64,000 nucleotides of DNA from Selaginella moellendorffii. Lineage: Eukaryota > Plantae > Lycopodiophyta. The position numbers and the translations under genes were made by a program. Under the pieces are notes generated by a model. It was not told where the DNA came from. It searched no databases and worked only from the letters and a program-made list of their open reading frames with translations. The first letter of the stretch is position 1. The number at the start of each line of letters is the position of its first letter. Below, piece after piece: positions 37,567 to 50,400 of this stretch. The stretch spans positions 1,068,268-1,132,267 of the forward strand of contig NW_003314326.1 in the NCBI RefSeq assembly GCF_000143415.4, in the 5' to 3' direction.

Positions 37567-40501
37567 TGAGTGTTGGGCAGCCAAGGTCAGACCTCGGGTG
37601 CCTAGCTCCACACCCCCAGCTGGAGTTCCAGTGCATGTGCGGGCTGCCGGGCTCCTCCCCGCGTGCACCATGTCGGAGTCAGACTCGGGCTCCATCTCAG
37701 ACTCGGGTTCTGGCTTGGACATGGACATGTGGGGGTGAGATCCAAGATCAAATTTGAGACCAAATCTAAATACTAATATAGATCGCGAGTGTAAGCTCCG
37801 GAATTTGGACTTCCCGGAAGGTCACCCAACCCAGTACTATTCAAACCCAAAGATGCTTAACCCCAAATATTCTAAGACCTTTAACCGATTGAAAAAAAGG
37901 TGCACTCTTGTTCATGGGCCCTTTCCCTTTGTATTTGAACTTTTATAGATCATTTCTTGAGTCGTTCCCTTTAGTTACTTACAATCCATCATGCTTTGCT
38001 GCAAGTTCACGCCCTCGTGAATGGAAGTTGAGAGTCGTAGCTCTCTTGAAAGCCCCACTCTCTTGACACCCTACCCCTCAGATCAAGCCCAGCTAGAGCA
38101 AATTGGACCAACTAAATGTTAATCACAATGTGTGTGATTCCCCTAGCCAACCAATAAAGTCAAACCCGAGACCCCTCTAATACCAAATGTAAACTCCTAA
38201 ATTTGGACTTTCTGGGAGGTTATCCAGCCCAATATTATTCAAACCCAAGGACACTTAACCCCAAATATCCCAAAACCTTTAACGGATTGGAAAAAGTGGT
38301 GCACTCTTGTTCATGGGCCCTTTCCCCCCTCATGAATGGAAGTTGAGAGCCACAGCTTTCTTAAGAGCCCTACTCTTTTGACACTTTACCCCTTAGGTTG
38401 AGCCCAGCCAGAGCAAACTGGACTAACCAAATGTTAATCAATATATGGTGTGATTCCCTTAACCAACCAACAAAGTCAAACCTGAGACCCCTCTGATACC
38501 AAATGTAAGTTTTTGAATTTGGACTTCCCGAGAGGTCACCCAACCTAGTACTATTCAAACCCAAGGATGCTTAACCCTAAATATCCCAAAACCCTTAATC
38601 GATTGGAAAAGTGGTGCACTTTTGTTCATGGGCCCTTTCCCCCTCGTGAACGGAAGCTGAGAGTTGCAACTCTCCCGAGAGCCTTACTCTCTTGACACTC
38701 TACCCCTTGGTTTGAGCCCAGCTGGAGCAAACTAAACCAACCAGATGTCAATCAACATGTGGTGTGATTTCCTTAACAACCAACAAAGTCAAACCTGAGA
38801 CCTCTCTGATACCAAATGTAAGCTCTTCAATTTGGACTTTCCGAGAGGTCACCCAGCCTAGTACTATTCAAACCCAAGAACACTTAACCCCAAATATTCT
38901 AAGACCCTTAACCAATTGGAAAAGGGGTGCATTTTTATTCATAGGCCCTTTCCTTTTATATTTGAACCTTTATAAATAGTCTTTCGAGTTGTTCCCTTTG
39001 ATTGCTTACAATTCACCACACTTCGCTACAAATTCATGACCTTATGAACAGAAACTGAAAGCCACAACTCTCCCAAGAGCCCCGCTCTCTTAACACTCTC
39101 CCCTTCAGGTTGAGCCCAGCTAGAGCAAACTGGACCAACCAAATGTCAATCAACATGTAGTGTGATTCCCTTAGCCAACCAACAAAGTTAGACCCGAGAC
39201 CCTCTGATACCAAATATAAGCTCCTGAATTTGGAATTCTCAAAAGGTCATCCAATTAGTACTATTTAAACCCAAGGACATTTAACCCTAAATATCCCAAG
39301 ACCCTTAACTGATTAAAAAAAGGGGTGCACTTTTGTTCATAGGCCATTTCCCCCCTTGTGAACGGAAGTTGAGAGCCGCAGCTCTTCTGAGAGCCTCGCT
39401 CTCTTATACCCCTGGAGTCGAGTCCAGCCAGAGCAAATTGGACTAGCCAAATGTTCTCTTTAAAACCCTGCTCTCTTGACACCCTACCCCTCGAGTCGAG
39501 CCCAGCCAAATGTTAATTAACATATGGTGTGATTCCCCTAGCCAACCAACAAAGTCAGACTTGATACTAAATGTAAACTTCTGAATTTGGCCTTCCCAAG
39601 AGGTCACCCAACCTAATACAATTTAAACCCAAGGACGCTTAACCTCAAATATCCTAAGACTCTTAACCAATTGAAAAAAGAGCTGCATTCTTGTTCATGG
39701 GCCTTTTCCCTTTATATTTAAACATTTATGGATCGTGTTTCAAGTTATTCCCTTTAATTGCTTATATCAAGATGAAAGCCTAAAGTGATTGTCTCCTTGG
39801 GGGAGGGGGGGTTTGGTTTTATAAATATAGTAGGGAAAATGTGGCTAAAGACTTAATCTTGAAAGAACTTTCCCAAACCAAATTAGGGGTCTGTAGCCTT
39901 GGGTGGGAGTGAGTATAGGCTTAAAAAGTGCCAAAGAAGCTCCTTAAGGAAGTGCTCAAGAGTAGTTTCCGCTCTCAAAAAAGAGCTTATTTACAATACT
40001 TCCAGCTCAAATGGAGTGGTGCCCTACTTGAGGCTCATTAGTCCTCACCCCTTCTTAGGGACTTAAGCCTTCCCTTCGAGATGGAGGTGGGGAGTTGAGG
40101 TACTTATATCGGGCCGTTAAGTTATGGTGTTTCCCCCCTAGACTAAGAGATGTACCTAAGCCTTGGGATTTAAAGAGTTATATAATCAAGCTTTGCATAC
40201 CATAGGATGTTAGGAATATGGAGGTTTGGTGTACTTGGCTACTTGTGCTTGTGGGGAGTGTAGCCAAACTTTAAGTTCAATCTAACCTAGTGAGGGGGAT
40301 TATAAGAGAATTTGGGAACCTATGAAAAGTTAGTTGATACTCTATTGCTTATATAATAAGTAGTAGAACCTAAGTAGAACCAAGTTGGAGTTGGTACGAT
40401 AGGTGAGCATCTTGGCAAGAGGATTTAGCAAAAGCCAAGGCAAAGGTGGTCAAATAAATGAGGTAAGCTAGCAAATTAGCAAAGGAAATATGTGGTTTAC
40501 A
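37567..40501 (+). repeat. Solo LTR related to family B, interrupted by the Cassandra-like array
   Basis: 39770-40501 is colinear with 30500-31057 and ends GTTTACA. 37670-37789 carries the gagtc/gagacc tract and tactaata, as at 30480. Confidence 0.7.
37790..39766 (-). mobile_element. Tandem array of Cassandra-like TRIMs with 5S rRNA-derived LTRs (6 LTRs, 5 internal domains)
   Basis: LTRs start at 37790, 38188, 38504, 38817, 39215 and 39572. Full LTRs are about 194 bp, TGTAAG...CTTACA. Each LTR after the first is preceded by ctctgataccaaa-like sequence (PBS-Met, reverse complement). Each LTR has a 55-bp segment matching the 5S rRNA internal control region. Confidence 0.88.
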
Positions 40502-41706
40502 CATAAATAGTGGCAACTACAATTGAAAAAATGGTCTATGACACATCTATGGAGTACACTCCCTGGTTTTTTATTGGTGACATGAAGACTACCTACTCAA
40601 AGAGTTACTTTTCCTTTGCTGTGAAGATGTTAGCATAACACTTTGAGCAAAAAGCCCTCATAGGACTAATATTGAGTACCATTTTGCTTCAAGACACCAC
40701 CTTGGACTAAACCACCTCAAGTAATTGATGAAAAGAGTATATCATAACAATTTGAAATCACTTATCGTAGTGTGGAGCAGAGGCAATATGCAATCTACTA
40801 AAGGCTAACAAAATCCAATGTAAAATGTGTATAGATATTTCCAAGGGGTAAGTGTTGAGCTTGGATCCATGGTGACAAGTCTACTTCTATTGTAACCCCA
40901 TATTTCTATAGGGAATGAAAGCAAGTAAAATTTTTGAGATGGTGTTAATTGTATTATTACAACACTGATGCCAACCATACAAAATGGTTTGAAAACACTA
41001 TAGTGACTAAATTTAATGCATTACCTAAAGAATGGTCGGTTGCTAATGGGGTTATGCCCACCTCATATGAAATTGAAAATCTTGAGAAATCTAGTTTCAA
41101 TCTTAAGAGGAAGAGAGTTGGAGATATAAGTGACAGAATTAGCACTATTCCCACAAAAATGCACAAGAGATTAATAAGAAAAAGTAAGGTAGTTAAATTT
41201 ATTAGTACCATCTTTAAGCAGAAGTAAGGTAAAATAAGCTTAACTCAAACACTTAAGTGTGAGATTCTTTTTATAAAGTACATCACTACATTGGTGAAGG
41301 AGTATATTGTGAAAACAGGAGGTGGAGAGTACATAATTGCCATTCAAGACCTTCTTTTTTACACATATCCAAACTTTATAAAGTGCAAGGAATATAAGAA
41401 GGCATAGGCTCCATGCAAGTATATGTATTACATCTTCATCAATATCTTGCACCAAAATCCTAATATGGACTAAACAAGCATTACTATTATTGAGTTGTAA
41501 AAGACTTTTAGAGGTAGTTAGATTATATTTATTCTCTATCAATAATATAAATTTTATATTTTATATAATTACTAAAAATACATATTTTTTATTTCATATA
41601 CTTGCAGGTGTTCTCTTCACAATAATTTCAATAATATTGTGTATCATAGATACATGGCCTTATAAAAGAATCTTAATTCAAATTTAATATTTTTTAAATT
41701 TTGATA

Positions 41707-44700
41707 TGTGAGTGCTTGGAATATGGAAAGGGAAAACAGAAAATGTGCATATAAATTAGCCTAAAAACCCTAGCTTATATACAAGAGTGAGTGGTCCAGA
41801 TTGAAACCAATCTGACAGCTACCAAAAATCCCACTACGCTAATATTAATATACGGCATCGTAGCTATACACTTGGCCCTCATATCATCCCTTCCTCTAGG
41901 AATAATGGAAGACCATCAGGGTTCTCTTATAGAAGGGCCGGGATCTGGAGGAACGTCAGGAGGAGGCATCGGCAAATCTGTAGGTGGTATTAATTGCTCA
42001 TGATCCCTTTGTATGAAGCATTTCAATTGCTACATATGCACAATCTCTAGAGGATTGGTCTGTTGGACGTCATGCCAAACCTCATAAACTTGTGGTCCAA
42101 CTTGCCGCAACACTCAATATAGTCCTTTCCACTGTGCAAAACACAAATAAACCACGTACCATAAGATAGGGAAAACGGACTAACACTAAATCATCCACTT
42201 TGTACTCTATAGGTGGACCATGATGGGAGTTGTAGTGTCATTGTTGTCCCACTTGTACGTGGCCTAAGTGTTCGGTAAGCTCTACTTGGACAAATGAAAA
42301 AATGCTCTTCAAATATTGATCCCACAACCTAGCATTGGCAGTTCGTGGCAATCACGAAGGTAAACCCAACTCCATTGGTAATATTGGATCATGACTATAT
42401 AGGAGTTTATATGATGAAGCATCAACAGAACTCTGCACACCTGTGACATATGCATACTAAAGAGACGGCAAATAACCATCCTAATCCGAATGCTGAAAGT
42501 TCATATATTTCGCAATCATCCCTTTGAATGTCCGAACAAGCCGTTCCACCAGACCGTCTGATTGTGGATGATAAGCACTCGTGAAAGTGTGGTGTATTCC
42601 CAACCGAGACGTTAAAACATGAAATGCCTCAGCCATAAATGCGGGACCATTATTTGAAAGAATCTGCTCTAGACAAGAATGTTGGAACACCACTCGATTG
42701 ACGAGGAAGTATCCAACAGCAATTGCAGAGGCACTAGCAAGAGCACCAACTTCTATCAAATGAATCAAGTAGTTAGAAGCAATAATAATATATTCATTGC
42801 CAGCATTTGATCGTGGAAAAGGTCCCATAAGATCAAATGCCACCAACTTAAATAGACGAGAAACTGCAATTGACTCTAACCATCCTTTTGCAACACGAGG
42901 GGGAGTATTACGAGCTTAGCACTAAACACAGCTACGCACATACTAAATAATATCATGTCACATCTCCGACCAATAAAGGAAAGACCTTCGTAGTTTCTTG
43001 GTTATACGACGATGTCCTATATACCACCTAGAACAGGAGAATTATGGTAGGCATGGAGAAACCACGGAATAAAGACAGAGCACTATTAGCTATAAATGAT
43101 CATTAGGATCCGTCCCCACAAAATAAAGAAGGCTATTTTCAAAATAATGTTGAGAATGTAAATGCCGGAAAGGCAAATCATCAACAAGTGATGCAAGATT
43201 TTCAAACCCATCTCGAAGCTTTCGAATCAATGGCTCAATCTTTTAAGCCTTGCGAACCTCATCAAGAGAAGGTAGATCTTGCTCTGCACCTTATGGACAC
43301 TAAACGTCAAGTACAACAACCACCAATGGCACATAATCCTCGTTTAGAAAATCCACAGATGCCGGAACAATAGGCTCGTTAAAAATATGAGAAAAGAGTG
43401 GAGAAGGAAGAGGAGCTTGAGAAAGGGCATCAGCATCAGCCATAGAACTCCCTGGGCAATGAACAACATCAAAACATATATCTGAAGCTTCAAAGCTCAT
43501 TGAGCAGTACGACCAACCAAGTTTTTCCGCTTCAATAATGAAGTAACAATAGCATGGTCACCTTCAAGTAACGTCCAAGAACCATGTAGATATGGATGAA
43601 GTTTCTCAAAACCCCAGACTACTGCAAAACACTCCTTCTTTGTCGTGGAGTAATTCACCTCCGCTAGTTGTAATGTATGGCTTATATATGCAATGGGATG
43701 GTGCTGACCAAGCACACTCAAGCTCTCTTGCATCAACACACCTCCAAGACCAATGTCAGAAGCATCCACGCGCAAAATTAAAGGTCGAGTGTAAGCCAAG
43801 GACAAGCGCGAGGACGTGGTCATAACTGTGATGTTCGCTGTTAACCGTGTGATGAAATTGGTCATACTTATCGGTGTTGTTGGCATTTTCCAGATTAGTG
43901 ACCTCCATTTCCTAGGTGGAGACTTTGGCGTTAGCAACGCCCCGTTGGTGCTACTACAGTGGAAGATTTAGACATTGAAATGCATCTGAGAAACAAGGAG
44001 TCATGTGAGTAATGGAGGGATCTTGCGTGAATAAGTTAGTGACCCCTCCATCTTTCTTTTGAGAGTATCATTAAGGGGTTCACTCGGCACCGGTTCATTC
44101 AGTATTTACTTTCCAAGCTCGTTTTTATAACAAGAGGTCTCCTATTATTCTCTTTGTGTTGGTTGATACAGGTTCAAGTTTATCTCTATTGCTCGACTTG
44201 TTGCCACACGTTGCCGTCTACACTTTGCACCGTGCAGTGGAACCAGTTTTTATTCTTTATGGAAACGGCCGTACACATGCATGTGCACGGGATGAGGCGG
44301 ATCTAGTTGTGCGTATCTGCGATCTTGAGCTTGAGTTGCAGTCATTGTGGGTTGTGAATCAAGCTTTTGACTTCATCCTTGGTATGGATTGGTTGCAACG
44401 CAATCATGCCAAATGTGATTTTGAGGCTTCCCCCCCTTGTCTCATACTTCCTTATGTTTCATCCATTCCTCTCACTTCCGTACCTTTTCGTCCCTTTACT
44501 TCTACTTTTGCTTCCATTACTTTTGTTCCCCCACAATTTCCTCCTATATTTCCGTCTTATTCTACTTTTCCCTTTTCTGATCCCTCCAATAATCTTTGTG
44601 TTGCAGCAGTTGACTGGCTCATGAAGAAGTATTTTGATTTCTTTGAATTTGATCTATCATCTGGGGCCAAGATTGCCACACGTCATCTGATTCCAACTGG

Positions 44701-46701
44701 GGATGCTCGTCCAATCAAGGTTTCTATTCATCATTAGTCACTCAAGGAGATCAAGATTTTACATGCAAATGTTAAAAAGATGTTGGAGAAGGGTGTTATT
44801 CGGAAGTCGTGGAATCCTTGGGCATGTGAACTTCATCTTGTAACGAAGCCTGATGGAAGTATTCGTTTCTACATCGACTATCGTTCGTTAAATGAAGTGA
44901 TGATCCCAGATGTGTACCCTTTTCCTCACACTACTGATCTCTTGGATCGTTTGGGGCGAAGTCGGTTCACCAAGCTAGATCTTGCTTCTGGGTACTAACA
45001 AGTACTAATGGCCGAAGAAGATATTCCTAAGACTGTTTTTCGTACACCATTTGGTTTGTACAAGTTCTTGGTGATGCCGTTTGGTTTGAACAATGCTCCC
45101 ACAACTTTCCAGCAAATGATGGACGAAGTTCTTTACGATATGCCAGAGGTGATTGCTGACTTCATTGATGTCTTGATCCACTCGGAGGGGACGTGGGAGA
45201 AGCACGTTCGTGATGTTTGTAAAGTGTTGGATCGGCTATGCAACGTTGGTTTAAAGCTGAAGCGGTCGAAGTGCATGTTTGAGTCTAAGGACACGACTTA
45301 TCTTGGGTATTGTATTTCTCGTGAGGGTTTGCAAGTTGATCCTAACAAACTTTTGGTTGTTCTAAACTTCCTTACTCCGAAGTGTGTAAATGATGTGCAA
45401 CACTTTCTGGGCAAGATGCAGTATCTTAGTTGTTTTGTGGATCATCTTTTTTATCGCACTACACCATTGCAAGTGTTGTTGAAGTCATCAACGTCATTTT
45501 TCATCTGGTTTTCGGATTGTGAGCGGGCGTTCATGGATCTCAAAGAGATATTGACGACTCCTCCAGTTTTGGCATATCTTGCAGCAATAGCATCAACCTC
45601 CATTGGAACAGAACCATCACCCATAGGAAGTGGAGCTGAAGGACATGCAACAAGAAGTGAAAGAGGTGACGTCTCATAACGTTGTGTCAAGCGAAGAGCA
45701 TCGTCAAGGGTGGCGGGAGCAAGTGCATGCACAAGTCCAACAAGATCTTGATGAACTGTTGGCCACAACATTCCTAGCTTGATCCGCTCCGACATATTTG
45801 GCTCCGCACGAAGCAAAAGACTTCGGAAACAAACGCCAAATTGCATCACCGACTCAGATGGCTATTGGCGAAAATGATGCAATTGTTAGAAGGCATCATC
45901 ATAGTTGTCGGCATGTCCGAAGGCATATTTGAAGACGTCCGGGAGAACACTCCAATCCCCACGAGTGGTTGCGCACAAACCATTGTTCCACTGCAACACC
46001 GTCCCTTGGAGACACATGGGAAACTCATGTAAACGTCGAGCATCATCCCAAAAATGATATGTGGCAATTATTGTGAAGTGATCGAACCAATGGTATACAT
46101 CATCCCCAAGATTCCTACAAAAGAACTTTGGCTAAACGCAAGGATTGGCACCAAGAGTAACAGGAGTTGTACCACGTGTCATGAATGCCGCCATCAATTG
46201 AGTTTGGTTGTTCAATTGCAAGCACATAGCATCAAGTAATTGTACCAATTGCTACTCCATAGTCAAAGGAGGAGATTGTTGATCTGCCATGAAGATGAAT
46301 GAAAAAGAAATAGCAAAAGAAGAGAAATGACAAAAATCTAGAAGGAAATGGTAGATCTAGACAATGCAAAAAGCTAGATCTAAACCAAAATCCTAAAAGA
46401 AAAGAATAAAAAAAAAGAAAATAGAAAAAGTTAGATCTAGACGATGCAAAAACTAAATCTAAATTAAAATCCCAAATCTAGGCACTCCTCAAGTACAATC
46501 AAAGGTGCCCTTCATCTTTACCAATGTGAGTGTTTGGAATATGGAAAGGGAAAACAAAAAATGTACATATCAATTAGCTCAAAAGCCCTAGGTTACATAT
46601 AGAAGCAAGTGGTCCGGATTGAAACCAAACCAATGGCTATTAAAAATCCCACTACACTAATATTAGTATACAGCATTGTAGCTGTACACTTGGCCCTCAC
46701 A
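41707..46701 (-). mobile_element. Gypsy-type retrotransposon D with 177-bp LTRs, 4-bp TSD and an internal inversion
   Basis: LTRs 41707-41883 and 46525-46701 (TGTGAG...CTCAYA). TSD GATA (41703-06 and 46702-05). Integrase (42481-42846), RNase H (43497-43790) and gag are on the minus strand, but protease and RT are on the plus strand. Confidence 0.85.
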
Positions 46702-47053
46702 GATAAATCTTTGATATTTATAAGTCAAAAAGCATATAGTGTAGATTTAAGATAGCTTTTCTACAAAAAAATTCTATCTTATTTAAAATTTTGATTTTTT
46801 ACATATAGTAAATATTTAAATTCTTAGATATAAAGCCTCTAATAAAATACTTTTATTATATAAAATGCAAAGATAAAATATAGTACAAAATTAGGTTCAC
46901 CATGAACTTAATTTTAAAATTTTATAACATTTGTATTAAACTGTATTTAAAATTTGAGCTCAGCTCAGAAACTTAATACTTGAGCTTATTAGCTTAAGAG
47001 TGGTCTGTGCTCACCTTATCTTGGTACTAGCATAATCTCATACTCCACACTTC

Positions 47054-47280
47054 TATAAATTTTTGAATTCAAACTTCCCAGAAGATCACCTAGCTAGCCA
47101 CTATTCAAACCTAAGGACTCAATTGGAAAAAAGGGTGTACTTTAATTATGGGTCCTTTTCCTTTATATTTGAACTCTTATAGGCCATTTTTCAAATTGTT
47201 CTTTTTGGTTCTTTATAATCTATTATGCTTTTCTGCAAATTCACGCCCTTATGAATGAAAACAGAAAGCTGCAACTCTCT
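47054..47280 (-). repeat. Decayed Cassandra-like LTR fragment
   Basis: acttcccagaagatcacc...ctattcaaacctaaggac...gggtccttttcctttatatttgaac matches the array LTRs. Confidence 0.7.
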
Positions 47281-47427
47281 ACTCTTAAGACAACTAAAAA
47301 AGGGCCAATTACTTGATGAAAGAGCCTTTAGTGGCTATTTTATCCCCATTTATCTCCCAAGGTTTCAAAGATCTATGGTGACAGTATATCCAAATCTCAT
47401 CCCATGATCACATGCACTACATTCACA

Positions 47428-50400
47428 TGTAAGCGACTATTTTTTCCATTCTACTTTAGTCACTTAACCACCTCTCTGATCACTAGGAGGAGTCTCACTC
47501 ACAACCTCCATAAGTCCAATTCAAGATAGAGGGTTGTTACCCCGAGAATGGCATCCATGCCACTCAACCTTTGCACTTGGTCTAAGTGCTCCACGTGTTT
47601 GATCCCATGACCAACACTTCAAGGTACCACTGACATATCAGCCCATTACGCTAAGGCCATGCCCATTCACTTTGGTCACATCAGTGGTCTGACGCCACCT
47701 ACATCACAATCCCGTCTCTCAAAAACTGGGCCATCCGTCCATGAGTGATCATCCCAGATCCACTCCTTGGCATCCTTAGGATGCCTGCAGATATAGGGAA
47801 TAGCCTTTCCCAATATCCCTTTCCAGTCCCCACCAAGTTTTCTTCTCATGGCCGTGTTTGCCAACACTACCATTGGATTGAGGCCCACAAGCCCGACCAC
47901 TAAGTCCCACGGTCCTCTGAGACTTCCTCACCACACGACTGTATCCTTGGTCACTACACCAGAGGACTACTCTTCTTCCTTTCCATAGTCTGGGCCTTTG
48001 GGACAACATTTCAGAACACCGTGGCCCTACGCAAACCTCATGGGTACTCTCTTTTCCTTCCACCTTTAGGTGCTCTAGCCATGGGTTTAGAATGAGGTTT
48101 CATTGAGCCACGCCAGGTATCCAAGTAGGTAGTGCCACCACACTTGGATTGGAAGTATTAACCATTTGATTTCCCGGGGGAACTAGAGCTGGCTCTTGAA
48201 GTGTTCTTGGCCTAACTTTGCCATTTGGATTCTTTTCCATGATTCCCATGGCTCTTTTTTTAGCCCCTAGTCTTTTGCTCCTATCCTTGATTGTTGCACC
48301 CAGCAATATAGGATTGCTACCTCCACTCTCGAAGTATCCTTTCAGTTCCATAGCAAAGACTTTGCTTTGCCAAATCCAGAGGGTGTTCACCCCTAGTACA
48401 TATCTTTAACATCTTTTGTTATGGGCTCTATCCATAGCCCAACTTTGAGACCCTTCCATAGGTCTCTTATAGAAACTACTTTCTTCGGACTTGCTATGCC
48501 ATTGCATTGACACAGCTCATTTCCCTTGGGTGTCCCTCCCACTTGGTCACCTTTACCAAGCCACACCATCTTCAATAGTTCAAATCAACACTTTGAACTA
48601 AGAACTTTATTCCTTAACCTCACAAGGACCTTGTCCTTGTTTTAGCCATAAAATCATATAGTGATCACACCTTGGTCATCTTAACAGGTTTGTTAATAAG
48701 TACTAAGTCTTCTAGACCTTTAACTTGTTGACCATGACCCCGGGGGCATCCCCCACACTTGGCGGTGCACCCAAACCAGCCCTTCCGGCCAAGGGTGCAT
48801 AGCAACTAAAACTAGATGTCCCCATCTCATTCACCACGACCTTGGTGCCACTCACACCAAAGTATTCAAGTTAGATATGCCGAGCCACACTAAGCAATCT
48901 AACTGTGCATCACGACTCTAAGGCATCCCCCGCTTGGCAGTGTGCCCAAGCCAGTCTCTTTACTAAGAGTCTATGACCACCGAAAAATGAGTGTCCTCAT
49001 ATTCCAAACCATCACCGAGCCCTAGTAAGTTGGGACTCAAACCCAAGACTAGAGGGTTGGGACTCGAACCTAACCTCCATATATGCATCTATGGAAGGCA
49101 TAATACAAGATGCCTGGTGTGACTCCCCACACTGGTGCACCAACTTATACTTAAAGCGCGCTACAAATCACAGCTTAGGAACCTAGTTCCTCCACACTGC
49201 CAAGTCTTTTTACTTGACATGTCTGTGATCATGCATGGACTCCTCCATACTTGGCCCCATGGGCCACCCCTTTTGAAGTTAGCATCCTTAACTAGGGTAT
49301 TTGTTCCCTCGACTTGCCAATCTCACTTAGCAAGTCATCCGACCACCGTAACACACCGTAACATGGTTCATGCACAAGCGTGAAAGCCTTTATCCATCAA
49401 CTTTCGTTCAAAACCCTCTCTTTGAACACTCAGGAATTACTTCCCTAATCTTAATAGCCTCGCCTCATGGCAATTGCTACGCCACTCTGATTTCTTGCGC
49501 TCTATAAACCATTTACACTTGGCTTTCTAGGTACTTATTTACCTAGAATCGTCTTTGGGAACCTTCAAAGAACTCTGTTCCTTAGCTTGCTAAGGCCTCT
49601 CTTTTCACAAGCTTTCTAATTGCCATATGATTTAACATGGACAATTCCATGCTTTAGACTCTTCGTGGCATCACGGTTGCTAGTGACAATATGCTTGAGC
49701 ACCCATTTGATTTTCCACTCCCAACTTGCATAACCACCCTTGGTTATGCCTGTCGATTCCTATGGTTTGGTTCTATCCCTTTACTACTTGCTTTTTGGCC
49801 TCATACATTTCCTTCGGTCATTCTCTTCTAGATTAGGAGGATAGCTTTGCACTTTCTACTATGCCTTAGCAAGTATTGATAGGGATGAATCTACCTGATA
49901 GCCTAGGGAGTGGTTTCTCAATCCGAGTATGCTCACCTTGTAATCCCACACACTGAGATTAACATTGCTACTTATGGGCTTTTATATACTCATCACTAGC
50001 CTTGCTAAAGTCCCTTTTTGGCTTGTCCAATTTAGGTAAACAGACTTCTCCTATCTTCGCAACTTTGGACATTTGGATAACACCTCCTATCCATCATTCA
50101 CTAGGGACTTTGTCTCTTGGGCCTTATCTGTGCCCTCACGACACCAAACACCACCTCTTGGTGCTCTAGAGTGTTTGGGTGTCCCAATGATGGCCTTTTT
50201 GGCAATGAGCATTTCTTTTACGACATTGACTTACTATATCGCAACATAAGCAATTTCTCCCCCATAAGGGTATATCTAACTTCCTTATCCCCATAAGAAG
50301 TTTTAGGTAGTTACCTTTTACCAGTTTAACCAATGATTTTGCACCTTTTGCTTAGTTACCTCATAGTTATCAAGTCCTACAACTCATTGCTAGTGCTTTC

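Noticed and set aside
37790-39766. 5S rDNA gene array
   Set aside because: Only about 55 bp of the 5S internal region is present, embedded in TG...CA LTRs with PBS and PPT. It is a Cassandra-like TRIM, not rRNA genes.
40500-41700. Short ORFs (40949-41227, 41240-41542) in AT-rich DNA
   Set aside because: No motif recognised; likely a decayed transposon remnant.
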